Source: an uncultured SAR86 cluster bacterium (GTDB lineage: Bacteria > Pseudomonadota > Gammaproteobacteria > Magnimaribacterales > D2472). Taken from it: a stretch of DNA of 64,000 bases. The stretch is taken from assembly GCA_902622845.1 (NCBI GenBank), contig CACNRI010000003.1:133859-197858 (forward strand), written 5' to 3'. Shown in pieces: positions 1-9,912 of this stretch. Made by a program: the position numbers and the translations under genes. The notes under the pieces are model-generated. The model saw only the letters and a program-made list of their open reading frames with translations. It was not told the origin of the DNA and did not search any database. The number at the start of each line of letters is the position of its first letter. Within the stretch, counting starts at the first letter, position 1.

Positions 1-137
1 ACTGAGGAGTTGGGTTTTACATCATATATGAATGATTCAATTGTTATTTTATTGTTATAAAAGCTTTTTAATGATCCATAGAGAGTAAATGCTGCTACGA
101 GAAAAATAGCGAATAGTCTTGGTAGATATTTTATCAA
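1..137 (-). CDS. 5' part of a membrane-anchored protein, probably endolytic transglycosylase MltG (runs off the window edge)
   Basis: Not in ORF track. TTG at 137 directly follows the fabF stop; open frame MIKYLPRLFAIFLVAAFTLYGSLKSFYNNKITIESFIYDVKPNSS... has an N-terminal signal anchor. mltG normally follows fabF(-pabC) in Gammaproteobacteria. Product is inferred from synteny. Confidence 0.55.
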   Translation of the reverse strand, partial: MIKYLPRLFAIFLVAAFTLYGSLKSFYNNKITIESFIYDVKPNSS

Positions 138-1361
138 TTAGACGGACTTAAAAATAAGAGTTGAGTTAGTACCACCAAAACCAAATGAATTATTTAAAGA
201 AACATCTATTTTCATATCTCTGGCTTCTTTTGGAATGAAATCTAAATCACAACCTTCATCAGGATTATTTAAATTAATTGTTGGTGGAGATATGTTGTTA
301 ACAATTGATAAAATTGAAAATATTGATTCTACCGCTCCAGCAGCACCCAGAGTGTGGCCCGTCATAGATTTAGTTGAGCTAATAGGTGGAGGTGAATCAA
401 AAATAGATTTAATCGCATTACATTCTGCAAGATCGCCCAAAGGTGTTGATGTTGCATGAGCATTTATATAATCAATATCATTTGTTGAAATGCCTGCATC
501 TGATATTGCTCTTGAAATTGATAATGAGGCACCAGTTCCATCTTCTGAGGGTGCAGTCATATGATATGCATCAGAACTCATACCAAAACCAATAACTTCT
601 GCATATATATTTGCTGATCGATTTTTAGCATGCTCATATTCTTCTAATACTAAAATTGCAGCTCCATCTGACAATACAAAACCATCGCGATCTTTGTCCC
701 ATGGTCTACTTGCTGTCTTAGGATCATCTGATTTACTTAAAGCTCTTGATGCAAGAAAACCTGAAACTCCTAATGGTGTAGTTGCCATTTCAGATCCTCC
801 AGTAACCATAACATCTGCATCTCCATAGGCTATCAATCTTGCGCTAGTTCCAATAGCATGATTACTTGATGCACACGCAGTAACAATAGATAAATTTGGG
901 CCTGTATATCCTTTGATAATACTTAAGTATCCAGGTGTCATGTTAATTATCGATCCAGGAACAAAAAATGGAGATACTCTCTTGAATGATTTTTTGTTAA
1001 GAATATCTTTATTTTTCTCTATGCTATCCAAACCCCCGATGCCTGACCCTATATTTAAACCAACTCTATCTTTATCAACATTATTATCCAAACCAGCATC
1101 TTCTATAGCCTGAATACCAGCAGATACGCCATATTGAACAAATGTATCTAAGCGTCTTATATCTTTGGAGTCTATATATTGAGTTGGATCAAAATTGTGA
1201 ATTCTTCCACCTACCTTAATAGGCATATCATCAAGATCAACAATATTCTCAGAGATGCCTGAGGATCCCTTTATGCAGTTAGACCATGATTCATTTACAG
1301 AGTTACCTAACGGAGAAATTAATCCCATTCCAGTAACTACAACTCTTCGAGGAAGTTGCAT
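138..1361 (-). CDS. fabF: 3-oxoacyl-ACP synthase II
   Basis: RRVVVTGMG start, catalytic VTACAS Cys, HATST and GH His motifs, NSFGFGGTN end; fab cluster context. Confidence 0.97.
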   Translation of the reverse strand: MQLPRRVVVTGMGLISPLGNSVNESWSNCIKGSSGISENIVDLDDMPIKVGGRIHNFDPTQYIDSKDIRRLDTFVQYGVSAGIQAIEDAGLDNNVDKDRVGLNIGSGIGGLDSIEKNKDILNKKSFKRVSPFFVPGSIINMTPGYLSIIKGYTGPNLSIVTACASSNHAIGTSARLIAYGDADVMVTGGSEMATTPLGVSGFLASRALSKSDDPKTASRPWDKDRDGFVLSDGAAILVLEEYEHAKNRSANIYAEVIGFGMSSDAYHMTAPSEDGTGASLSISRAISDAGISTNDIDYINAHATSTPLGDLAECNAIKSIFDSPPPISSTKSMTGHTLGAAGAVESIFSILSIVNNISPPTINLNNPDEGCDLDFIPKEARDMKIDVSLNNSFGFGGTNSTLIFKSV

Positions 1362-1369
1362 TTAAGATA

Positions 1370-1609
1370 TTATGAGTTTTCGACTATGTAATCTACTGCT
1401 TCTTGAACTGTTGAGATTTTTTCTGCATCTTCATCAGCAATTTCAAGATCGAATTCTTCTTCCAAAGCCATTACTAGCTCTACAGTATCAAGAGAATCAG
1501 CACCAAGATCATCAACAAATGATGAATCAGTGTTAACTTCTGACTCAGCAACACCGAGTTGTTCGCAAACAATTCCTGTAACAGTTTTTTCAATTTCACT
1601 TCTTTCCAT
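1370..1609 (-). CDS. acpP: acyl carrier protein
   Basis: [20 protein letters not shown] phosphopantetheine motif. Confidence 0.98.
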   Translation of the reverse strand: MERSEIEKTVTGIVCEQLGVAESEVNTDSSFVDDLGADSLDTVELVMALEEEFDLEIADEDAEKISTVQEAVDYIVENS

Positions 1610-1630
1610 AATAGTACCTCAATTGAAAGT

Positions 1631-1665
1631 TTGGTTATTTTAACTTGCAAGTTAAAAAATACCAA
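1631..1665. promoter_or_regulatory. perfect 20-bp palindrome (TTTTAACTTGCAAGTTAAAA, 1638-1657) within an extended inverted repeat between fabG and acpP
   Basis: Direct sequence inspection; flanks TTGGT/ACCAA also pair. Function unknown. Confidence 0.5.
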
Positions 1666-2385
1666 CTAATACATAAATAAGCCTCCATCAACAGAAATGA
1701 TTTGTCCAGTTATGTAATTTGCTTCATCGGATGCAAGAAACACAATGCATTTAGCTACATCTTGAACAGTGCCAAATCTTTTCATAGGTATATTCTTGCT
1801 TACCTCAGCTTTTTCATCATCATTCAAAAAGGTTGTCATGTCAGTCTCTATAAAGCCAGGAGCAACAACATTTGATGTAATATTTCTAGATCCAAGCTCT
1901 TTAGCTAAAGATCTTGAGAAACCAACCATTGCTGACTTTGATGAAGAGTAATTTACTTGGCCAGAGTTACCCATTAGGCCAGCAACTGATGAAATATTGA
2001 TAACTCTTCCAAATTTATTTTTTACCATGGATTTTATAAAAGCTTTAGTAACTCTGAATAAACCATTTAAATTTGTCTCTATAACATCATCCCATTCTTC
2101 ATCTTTCATTCTCATAAATAGTTGATCTTTGGTAATACCTGCATTATTGACGAGCACTGATGGTAAAAGATCTTGAGATTTCAGATCCGCAAACAAGTTT
2201 TTTATGCTTTGTTTTGACATTAGATCTAACTGAACAGAAATTGCACTATCGTCTCCTATAAGTTCACCCAGATTAAAATCACCTCGTGATGTACCAATTA
2301 CCTTATATCCCTCTTTGGAAAAATGTTTAGCAACTTCTAAACCTATTCCTCTTGAAGCGCCTGTGACTAGAACAATCTTACTCAT
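1666..2385 (-). CDS. fabG: 3-oxoacyl-ACP reductase
   Basis: TGASRGIG, NNAGITKD, YSSSK catalytic motif; fab cluster. Confidence 0.97.
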   Translation of the reverse strand: MSKIVLVTGASRGIGLEVAKHFSKEGYKVIGTSRGDFNLGELIGDDSAISVQLDLMSKQSIKNLFADLKSQDLLPSVLVNNAGITKDQLFMRMKDEEWDDVIETNLNGLFRVTKAFIKSMVKNKFGRVINISSVAGLMGNSGQVNYSSSKSAMVGFSRSLAKELGSRNITSNVVAPGFIETDMTTFLNDDEKAEVSKNIPMKRFGTVQDVAKCIVFLASDEANYITGQIISVDGGLFMY

Positions 2386-3299
2386 ATATTTTGCACCTTA
2401 TCCATAAAATTTAAATCAGCCATATAAAGAATACTTTCTAAATCATAACCCTTTGATAAACCACATAAAATATTTTTTGGACCAATTTCTATTAAGCATG
2501 ATGCAGAATTAGAAATTTTTTCCATAGTTTTAGTCCAGAGAACTGGTTCAGTTAATTGATTTAAGAGATTTTCTTTAATAGATGATAAATCAGTCTCAAT
2601 CTCACCAGTATGGTTTTGGATAATTGCATATCTTGGATTAGAAAAAACAATTTTTTGGAGAGACTCATTAAATTCGTCTGCAGCATCAGTCATTAATCTG
2701 GTATGAGATGCAATACTAACATTTAATTCTATGCATCTTTTTGCACCAATTCCTAGAAGTAAATTGCTAGCTATTTCTATACCTTCAATATTTCCAGCAA
2801 TTACAGTTTGCTTCATAGAATTATAATTTGCAGAAGCTACGTAAGCTTTTTCATTAGATTCGTTAATTTTTGAACAAACTTCATCGATAATTTCTGAATC
2901 AAGACCAAGTATAGCCATCATTTTTCCTTCTTCAGAGCTTTGCATTAACTTACCTCTAAGATGAGTTATTTGTATTGCATCTTCAAAAGTTATTGATTCT
3001 GCAAACATTAAAGCTGAGTATTCTCCAAGTGAATGACCGGCTATAACTTTGGGATCTGGTAATAATAAATTTTTATATGCTTCTGAAAAAATAGCTGATG
3101 ATAGCACCAGAAGTGGTTGAGTAAAAGATGTTAAATTTAATCTAGACTCGTCCTCTAAAATGCTATGAACATCAGAACTTAGTATTTCAGATACAATTTG
3201 GATCTTTTCATTTATAAAAGATTGATCAACCAGGTCGGTTTTAAGCATTTCAGGATGTTGTGAGCCCTGACCAGGGAATACACAAGCTATAGAGCTCAT
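2382..3299 (-). CDS. fabD: malonyl-CoA:ACP transacylase
   Basis: FPGQGSQ and GHSLGEY motifs. Confidence 0.96.
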   Translation of the reverse strand: MSSIACVFPGQGSQHPEMLKTDLVDQSFINEKIQIVSEILSSDVHSILEDESRLNLTSFTQPLLVLSSAIFSEAYKNLLLPDPKVIAGHSLGEYSALMFAESITFEDAIQITHLRGKLMQSSEEGKMMAILGLDSEIIDEVCSKINESNEKAYVASANYNSMKQTVIAGNIEGIEIASNLLLGIGAKRCIELNVSIASHTRLMTDAADEFNESLQKIVFSNPRYAIIQNHTGEIETDLSSIKENLLNQLTEPVLWTKTMEKISNSASCLIEIGPKNILCGLSKGYDLESILYMADLNFMDKVQNI

Positions 3300-3302
3300 T
3301 TC

Positions 3303-3506
3303 TTACTCTTGTTCTTGATCTTCTTTAACTGGCTTTCTTAAGTCCTTTACAAGTCTTCCCTTGTAAAAGCCATCCTTGGTCATTTGATGCCTCAAATGCT
3401 TCTCACCAGATACTTGATCAGTGGACAATGTTAGGTTCTTAAGCTTGTCATGAGATCTTCTCATGCCAATTCTTGAACGTGTTTTTTTACTCTTTTGTAC
3501 AGCCAT
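3303..3506 (-). CDS. rpmF: 50S ribosomal protein L32
   Basis: [20 protein letters not shown]-terminus; position upstream of fab genes. Confidence 0.96.
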   Translation of the reverse strand: MAVQKSKKTRSRIGMRRSHDKLKNLTLSTDQVSGEKHLRHQMTKDGFYKGRLVKDLRKPVKEDQEQE

Positions 3507-3555
3507 AATTATAAAAAAGCGTATCCTAACAAATATATTCTTAAATGAATAGTAA

Positions 3556-4470
3556 TTAAGTATCCAAATAAATTAACATTTTTTCAAATTGGTCGTCATG
3601 ATCTGCAACAAAAGTATTTCTTTTATTCTCAAGATCTAAAAAAGATATTTCAGATGAGTGTAGGCCTAATCTTTTTATACCTGAATGTTTTAAGCGAGTG
3701 TTAAATTCGTTACATCCATACTTTTTGTCATTAGCGATATTTTTGTTAATTTTTTCACATTGAGCCCTTATTTGATGTGTCCTTCCAGTGAGAATCTCTA
3801 TTTCTATCAAAGAACTATAATCTAGCTTTTTTAGAGGTTTTAAAATTGATATTGCCTCTTTACCATCTTTATTGATTGAAACTTTATTAAAGGATCCTTT
3901 TGTGTTTGTATCAATACTGTCTTCTATAACCATTTCTTCAGAAATAAAGTCTTTTACTATGGCGTGATAAATCTTTTTAACTTTTCTTTGTTTTAGTTGA
4001 TTATTAAAAAAACTCAGGAACTTTTGGTTTTTAGCAATTACCAAGCAGCCAGATGTGCCCTTATCAAGCCTATGACATAGATTTAGTGAATTATCTTTTA
4101 AAACTGCGCGTAATATGTCAATTAGGCCATGATCGTTCTTTGTTCCGCTATGAACAGCATAATTAGATGGTTTATTGAAAATGAGGAAATCTTCATCATC
4201 GTATATCACTCTATCTCTCAGAAAAGCATATTTGCTTATATTAATATCCAAAATTTTCTCTTGATTAATTAGATTAGGCGGTATTCTTATTAAGTCATTT
4301 TTTGAAAGTTTTGTATCAGGTTTAACTCTTTTTGAATTAACTCTAACTTCTCCTTTTCTAATAACTTTGTAGATTTTTGATTTAGGTATATTTTTAAAAT
4401 TAGAAAATAGAAAGTTATCTATCCTTCTTCCTTCATTATCATGATCTACGGTTATATTTTTGACAGACAT
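3556..4470 (-). CDS. rluC: 23S rRNA pseudouridine synthase, RluC type
   Basis: N-terminal S4 domain (GRRIDNFL...IRKGEVRVN), HRLDKGTSG catalytic Asp, GRTHQIR; divergent from rne. Confidence 0.92.
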   Translation of the reverse strand: MSVKNITVDHDNEGRRIDNFLFSNFKNIPKSKIYKVIRKGEVRVNSKRVKPDTKLSKNDLIRIPPNLINQEKILDINISKYAFLRDRVIYDDEDFLIFNKPSNYAVHSGTKNDHGLIDILRAVLKDNSLNLCHRLDKGTSGCLVIAKNQKFLSFFNNQLKQRKVKKIYHAIVKDFISEEMVIEDSIDTNTKGSFNKVSINKDGKEAISILKPLKKLDYSSLIEIEILTGRTHQIRAQCEKINKNIANDKKYGCNEFNTRLKHSGIKRLGLHSSEISFLDLENKRNTFVADHDDQFEKMLIYLDT

Positions 4471-4506
4471 AAATTATATATATACGATAAGCACAATAAT
4501 TATAGA

Positions 4507-4656
4507 TTATGTTGAATAGTTCAACATAACAGAGATAGAAAAATACTAATTTTACTTTCAGCTCTCCATCCCGAGCTGTTTAGAAAGCAATAAGAGTAAG
4601 ACTTTCTAAAAATAACCTAAATGGTATTAACTATCTCCTTAACTAAAGGAGTTAGT
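4507..4656 (+). promoter_or_regulatory. structured rne 5' leader: four inverted repeats, the last sequestering the Shine-Dalgarno
   Basis: Stems at 4507-4529, 4559-4578, 4579-4610 and 4630-4656 (ACTAtCTCCTT-aacta-AAGGAGtTAGT) directly before ATG 4657. Confidence 0.6.
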
Positions 4657-6633
4657 ATGAAAAGAATATTAATAAATAGTTCTTATAACGATGAATTACG
4701 TGTTGCGCTTGTTGACGGTGCAAAATTATTTGATTTAGATACAGAAGTTACTGACAGAGTTCTCTACAAAGGAAGTATCTTCAAAGCAACAGTTTCTAGG
4801 ATTGAGCAAAGTTTAAATGCGGCTTTTGTAGATTTTGGATCGACAAGACATGGATTCTTACCACTGAAAGAGCTATCAAGAAACTTTTATAAAAAAAATT
4901 CACAGGGTAAGTCAGAATGCACTCTTAAAGAGGGCCAAGAGATACTGGTTCAAATAAATAAAGAAGAAAGAGGTACTAAAGGTGCAACTTTATCAACTCA
5001 GATATCTATAGCAGGCCGCTTTATGGTTTTAATAGCTAATTCTGATAAATCAGGTGGTATTTCAAGAAGAATTACAGGTGATGAGAGAGAAGATCTCAAA
5101 AATCAGATCTCAAAACTAAATATACCTGAGGGTATGAGTGTGATTATCAGAACTGCTGGTATAGATAGATCTTTTGAAGAACTTCAAAACGACCTCAACT
5201 ATCTTATTTCTCTATGGGATGATATCAATGCTACGCAAGCTTCAGCTGATTCACCTCAATTGATTTACAAAGATGACAAGCTAATAGTACGAGTTTTTAG
5301 AGATATTTTTAGAGATGATATAGAAGAAATTTTAGTGGATGATAAATCTGTATTTGAGGAAGCTAAAAACTTTGCTGAATTAGTTATTCCTGATCAAAAA
5401 GACAAAGTTAAGCTTTATGATGAAGAAATTCCTCTTTTTAATAGATACCAAATAGAATCACAGATTGAATTAGCTTTCCAAAGAGAAATTTCTCTTCCAT
5501 CAGGAGGATCTATAGTTATAGATCCCACTGAAGCAATGACAACTATTGATATTAATTCGGCTCGATCAACTAAAGGCAAAGATATAGAAGAAACAGCTCT
5601 CAAGACAAACTTAGAGGCAGCAAAAGAAATAGCAAGACAATTAAGGTTAAGAGATGTAGGAGGATTAATAGTTATAGATTTCATTGATATGCAAAATGAA
5701 GATTCACAAAATAAAGTTGAGAATGCTTTTAGAAGAGCTGTATCGTCTGATAGAGCTAGAATTCAAATAGCGAGTATTTCAAGATTTGGATTACTTGAAA
5801 TTTCTAGGCAAAGACTAAAACCCTCATTAAACGAAACATATGATATAGAGCATGTTTTAGTTAGAGGGCCTAGATCAATAGGACAATCTATTTTAAGAAT
5901 TATTGGAGAAGATGTAGCGAAAGATAATACTGCAGAGATACAGGTTTATGTTCCAGCAGATGTTGCAAGTTACTTATTAAATGAGAAAAGAAGAGATATT
6001 CTTAGCATAGAGGATTCCACAGGTGTAAAAATCTTAATTATTGCTGATCCCTATAAATCAAGGCCTTATTACAAGGTAGTAAGAATTAAAGATTCAGAAG
6101 TAAAGAAAAAATCTTCATATGACTTAACACCCGATAGCCCAAAACCAGATACTGATTGGAGAGATGAAAAATCTGTATCAAAGCTTAATCCGTTGGTTGA
6201 TGCTACTGACCATAAAAAAAATCACAAATCCGGTGGTGGTATTTTAAGCTGGATCAAAAGTTTAACCGCTTCACCGGAACCAAAAAAAACGACAAAGAAA
6301 AAATCTCCTCAAAAAAGACGTCCTCGCAAGGGAAATTATAAGAAAAAGAATGCTAATAGCTCTAAATCTAGATCAAACAGAAAACCTTCCTCATCTAAGA
6401 ATACAAGAAGATCTTCTTCAACTAAGAGTACAGGAAGGCCTTCAAAGTCTGCAGATAGGAAGCCAAAAACTAACTCTAGAACAAAAGATATGAGAAAAAA
6501 ACCTCCATCAAGAAAACCTAGGGTAGAAAAAGATACTTCCAAAAAAATATCTGGCAGACAGGATATTGTTAAGGAAGCAAAAAAGAAGCCTGAGCCTCCA
6601 ACTAGAGCTTTGAACGACCCTCGAGATAATTAG
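4657..6633 (+). CDS. rne: ribonuclease E (short form; Zn-link absent)
   Basis: MKRILIN start after AAGGAG SD (ORF-track start 4621 is likely an extension), S1 domain, DINSAR and GGLIVIDFIDM catalytic motifs, amphipathic GILSWIKSL membrane helix, basic disordered tail ending in NDPR. Confidence 0.96.
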   Translation: MKRILINSSYNDELRVALVDGAKLFDLDTEVTDRVLYKGSIFKATVSRIEQSLNAAFVDFGSTRHGFLPLKELSRNFYKKNSQGKSECTLKEGQEILVQINKEERGTKGATLSTQISIAGRFMVLIANSDKSGGISRRITGDEREDLKNQISKLNIPEGMSVIIRTAGIDRSFEELQNDLNYLISLWDDINATQASADSPQLIYKDDKLIVRVFRDIFRDDIEEILVDDKSVFEEAKNFAELVIPDQKDKVKLYDEEIPLFNRYQIESQIELAFQREISLPSGGSIVIDPTEAMTTIDINSARSTKGKDIEETALKTNLEAAKEIARQLRLRDVGGLIVIDFIDMQNEDSQNKVENAFRRAVSSDRARIQIASISRFGLLEISRQRLKPSLNETYDIEHVLVRGPRSIGQSILRIIGEDVAKDNTAEIQVYVPADVASYLLNEKRRDILSIEDSTGVKILIIADPYKSRPYYKVVRIKDSEVKKKSSYDLTPDSPKPDTDWRDEKSVSKLNPLVDATDHKKNHKSGGGILSWIKSLTASPEPKKTTKKKSPQKRRPRKGNYKKKNANSSKSRSNRKPSSSKNTRRSSSTKSTGRPSKSADRKPKTNSRTKDMRKKPPSRKPRVEKDTSKKISGRQDIVKEAKKKPEPPTRALNDPRDN

Positions 6634-7417
6634 ATATAAGCTGTCCAGAGATTGATAATTTAGGTGGCACATTCGGAAGGTCATCAATTTTGAACCATTT
6701 GGCATCCTCTAGTTCTGCTTCTTCTATTTTTATTTCACCTGATTCGTATTCACAAAAATATCCAAGCATTAGCTGACTAGGAAATGGCCATGGCTGACTT
6801 CCAAAATATGTTATATTTTTAACAGAAACATTTACTTCTTCCATAACCTCTCTTCTAAGAGCCTCTTCTGCTGTTTCACCAGCTTCAATAAAACCAGCTA
6901 AAGTGCTGTACCAGTTTTCAGGGAAAAATTTGTTTCTTGCTAACAAAACCTCGTCTCCTCTAGTAACCAACGTTATTATGCAAGGCGAGATCTTTGGATA
7001 AATAAATTCTTGATTGCAAGGTCTTACAAAAGCACCCTCTTTTTCTTGAAAGCATAATTTTCCCGAACACCTAGAACAAAATTTCATTTCATCAATCCAA
7101 TGCACCAACTGCTTAGCTGTAAAAACAACTCCATCATTTTCTGGATTTAAGTTCGCTAAAGTTCTTATTTCAATTAATTCTGCATCTTCAGGTTTATTTA
7201 CTAACGTTATGTCTTTTAAGTTAACCGCATAAATGTATTCATCATCATCGTGATAAATACCAATTCTTGCCATATCAATATCACCCTCTAAAATTAAATA
7301 ATTTGCATCAAATTTATAAGATTTTTGTGATTTATCGTATAAAATCTTATTTTCTGAAATAAAAATATATTTATTATTATTTGATTCAGAGAAATTTTTA
7401 AATCGAGATCCAGACAT
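6602..7417 (-). CDS. nudC: NAD-capped RNA/NADH pyrophosphatase
   Basis: Nudix box GFIEAGETAEEALRREVMEEV, SQPWPFPSQLM motif, FCSRC. Confidence 0.93.
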   Translation of the reverse strand: MSGSRFKNFSESNNNKYIFISENKILYDKSQKSYKFDANYLILEGDIDMARIGIYHDDDEYIYAVNLKDITLVNKPEDAELIEIRTLANLNPENDGVVFTAKQLVHWIDEMKFCSRCSGKLCFQEKEGAFVRPCNQEFIYPKISPCIITLVTRGDEVLLARNKFFPENWYSTLAGFIEAGETAEEALRREVMEEVNVSVKNITYFGSQPWPFPSQLMLGYFCEYESGEIKIEEAELEDAKWFKIDDLPNVPPKLSISGQLISNYLEGRSKL

Positions 7418-7431
7418 AAGTAGTAATCATA

Positions 7432-8952
7432 ATGAATATATCCTTAATGTATAGTATGTTTTTAGGTGATTCACCTAGATGGTACAAACAAGCAATCCTA
7501 AGCTTTCTTATAATCAATCCAATACTACTCATTGTCCTTAATTCGCTTGGTTTAAATGGTGGATTCATAATGGGCTGGATAATTCTGCTACAGTTCATTT
7601 TTACCTTAGCGCTAGCACTTAAATGTTACCCTCTTCAGCCAGGTGGTCTTCTTGCAATTGAAGCTTTAATAATGGATCTTTCAAATCCATATTCAATGAT
7701 GCATGAGATAGAGGCAAATATAGAGGTAATTCTATTACTTGTTTTTATGGTGGCTGGAATTTTCTTTATGAAAAATCTAATGCTTACTATATTCACTAAA
7801 CTTCTTCTAAACGTTAAATCAAAAGTTTGGCTTTCTTTACTCTACTGTTTTACCGCAGCTTTTTTATCAGCTTTTTTAGATGCTCTCACAGTAACAGCAG
7901 TTTTAATCGGAGTTACTGTTGGATTCTATAGAATTTATCATTTAATAATCTCGAATAAATATTTTGATGATACCGCTCATGATATTCACAGTGATGGATC
8001 TATTGATTCTCTTAAAGTTGAGGAGCTAGATGACTTTAAAGGTTTCTTAAGACAGTTAATTATGCATGGTGCCGTTGGTACTGCTCTTGGAGGTGTATGT
8101 ACAATTGTTGGTGAGCCTCAAAATTTGTTAATTGCAAATATTGCTGGCTGGGATTTTATTGAATTTTTCTTATATATGGCACCAGTTACGATGCCAGTAT
8201 TCGTTGCCGGATTATTGGTTTGTTTCTGCTTAGAGCGATTTAAGTTAGCAGGTTTTGGATCAGAGTTATCAGGAAATATAAGAACCATTTTTGCTGAATA
8301 TGCAGCATATGAAGATGAAATTAGTAAAAATGACAACAAGAAAAAAGCTGAACTTGCAGTTGAGTTATTTGTTTTAGTCTTGTTAATTTTTGCTCTTGCT
8401 TTCCATATTGCTGAAGTTGGGATTATTGGTCTTGGTGTTATAATTCTTTTAACTTCCTTTAAAGGGATTACTCATGAGCATTATTTAGGAGATGCTTTTA
8501 AAGAGGCTTTACCTTTTACTGCGTTGCTTTGTGTTTTCTTTGCTATTGTTAGCGTTATACATGAGCAACACTTATTTACTCCTGTTATCAATTATGTTCT
8601 TACTTTTAGTATTGAAAGTCAGACCAGTATCTTCTTTATTGCAAACGGAGTTCTATCTGCAATTAGTGATAATGTTTTTGTAGCTACAATTTATATAAAT
8701 GAAGTTAAGGCTCTTCTTGATGCAGGTAAGATTTCTTTAGAGCATTTTAATAATCTTACAATTGCTATTAATACAGGAACGAATATACCGAGTATTGCTA
8801 CTCCAAATGGTCAGGCAGCATTTCTTTTCTTGCTTACCTCCTCTCTTGCTCCATTAATTAACTTATCCTATTTCAGAATGGTTTTAATGGCGCTGCCATA
8901 CACAATTGTTCTCACGATAGTAGCCCTCATTTCAGTTTATTTATTCATCTAA
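7432..8952 (+). CDS. nhaB: Na+/H+ antiporter NhaB
   Basis: [45 protein letters not shown]. Confidence 0.95.
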   Translation: MNISLMYSMFLGDSPRWYKQAILSFLIINPILLIVLNSLGLNGGFIMGWIILLQFIFTLALALKCYPLQPGGLLAIEALIMDLSNPYSMMHEIEANIEVILLLVFMVAGIFFMKNLMLTIFTKLLLNVKSKVWLSLLYCFTAAFLSAFLDALTVTAVLIGVTVGFYRIYHLIISNKYFDDTAHDIHSDGSIDSLKVEELDDFKGFLRQLIMHGAVGTALGGVCTIVGEPQNLLIANIAGWDFIEFFLYMAPVTMPVFVAGLLVCFCLERFKLAGFGSELSGNIRTIFAEYAAYEDEISKNDNKKKAELAVELFVLVLLIFALAFHIAEVGIIGLGVIILLTSFKGITHEHYLGDAFKEALPFTALLCVFFAIVSVIHEQHLFTPVINYVLTFSIESQTSIFFIANGVLSAISDNVFVATIYINEVKALLDAGKISLEHFNNLTIAINTGTNIPSIATPNGQAAFLFLLTSSLAPLINLSYFRMVLMALPYTIVLTIVALISVYLFI

Positions 8953-9912
8953 ATGTCATTAGATCGAAGGTTCTGTGTAGCTCCTATGATGAGATACACA
9001 GACATGCATGAAAGATTCTTTTTAAGGCTCATATCTAAAAAAGCAGTCCTATATACAGAAATGATTTCCACAGGAGCACTAATACATGGAAATTGCGATT
9101 ATCAGTTAGATTTTAATAAAGAAGAACATCCTGTAGCTGTTCAATTTGGTGGTTCTTCACCTCAAGAGTTATCTCAATGCTCAATGAAGGCTGAAAAAAA
9201 GGGATACGATGAAATTAACCTGAATATAGGATGCCCATCTGAGAGAGTGCAAAAAGGTAATTTTGGAGTATGTTTAATGCTTGAACCTGACTTGGTTGCC
9301 GAATGTGCAAGAAAAATGAGAAAGTCCGTAGATATTCCTGTCACTGTTAAATGCAGAACTGGTGTTGATGATAATGATGATTACGAGTTTTTGAAATCAT
9401 TTATAAGTACCGTAAAAGATTCTGGTATTAAAACTTTTATAATCCATGCAAGGAAAGGAATTTTAAAAGGTTTAAGCCCAAGACAAAATAGAAACATCCC
9501 ACCTTTAAACTATCAAAAGGTTTATTCAATCAAAGATGACTTCCCAGATTTAGAAATTATTATTAACGGCGGCATCAAAAATATTAGTGAAGCAAAAAAT
9601 CATCTTAATTTTGTTGATGGAGTTATGTTGGGAAGAGCAGCTTACGATGATCCTTTTATGCTCAGTGATATAGATTCTGAAATTTACTCAAATACTAAGG
9701 TAGAGATAAGCAGAAAAGATCTTCTCACAGAATATTTAGATTATGTACATGTTATGACTAAAAAAGGTTATGACCCTAAAATTATGTTGAAACATGTATT
9801 TGGACTTAAAAAAGGTGAAAAAGATGCTAAAAGATTTAGGGTAAAAGTAGCTGAGATTATGAACTCATCGAGTCTGGTTGAAAACAAAGATGAGTTACTA
9901 TCAATGGTCTAG
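8953..9912 (+). CDS. dusA: tRNA dihydrouridine synthase A
   Basis: APMM, EINLNIGCPSERVQ, IIHARK..LKGLSPRQNR, DGVMLGRAAY. Confidence 0.92.
   Translation: MSLDRRFCVAPMMRYTDMHERFFLRLISKKAVLYTEMISTGALIHGNCDYQLDFNKEEHPVAVQFGGSSPQELSQCSMKAEKKGYDEINLNIGCPSERVQKGNFGVCLMLEPDLVAECARKMRKSVDIPVTVKCRTGVDDNDDYEFLKSFISTVKDSGIKTFIIHARKGILKGLSPRQNRNIPPLNYQKVYSIKDDFPDLEIIINGGIKNISEAKNHLNFVDGVMLGRAAYDDPFMLSDIDSEIYSNTKVEISRKDLLTEYLDYVHVMTKKGYDPKIMLKHVFGLKKGEKDAKRFRVKVAEIMNSSSLVENKDELLSMV

Noticed and set aside
4621-4656. Upstream ATG for rne
   Set aside because: The family N-terminus MKRILIN and an AAGGAG SD support ATG 4657.
6290-6600. Low-complexity A-rich stretch as a possible repeat or frameshift
   Set aside because: It is the in-frame Lys/Arg/Ser-rich RNase E tail, ending in the NDPR motif.
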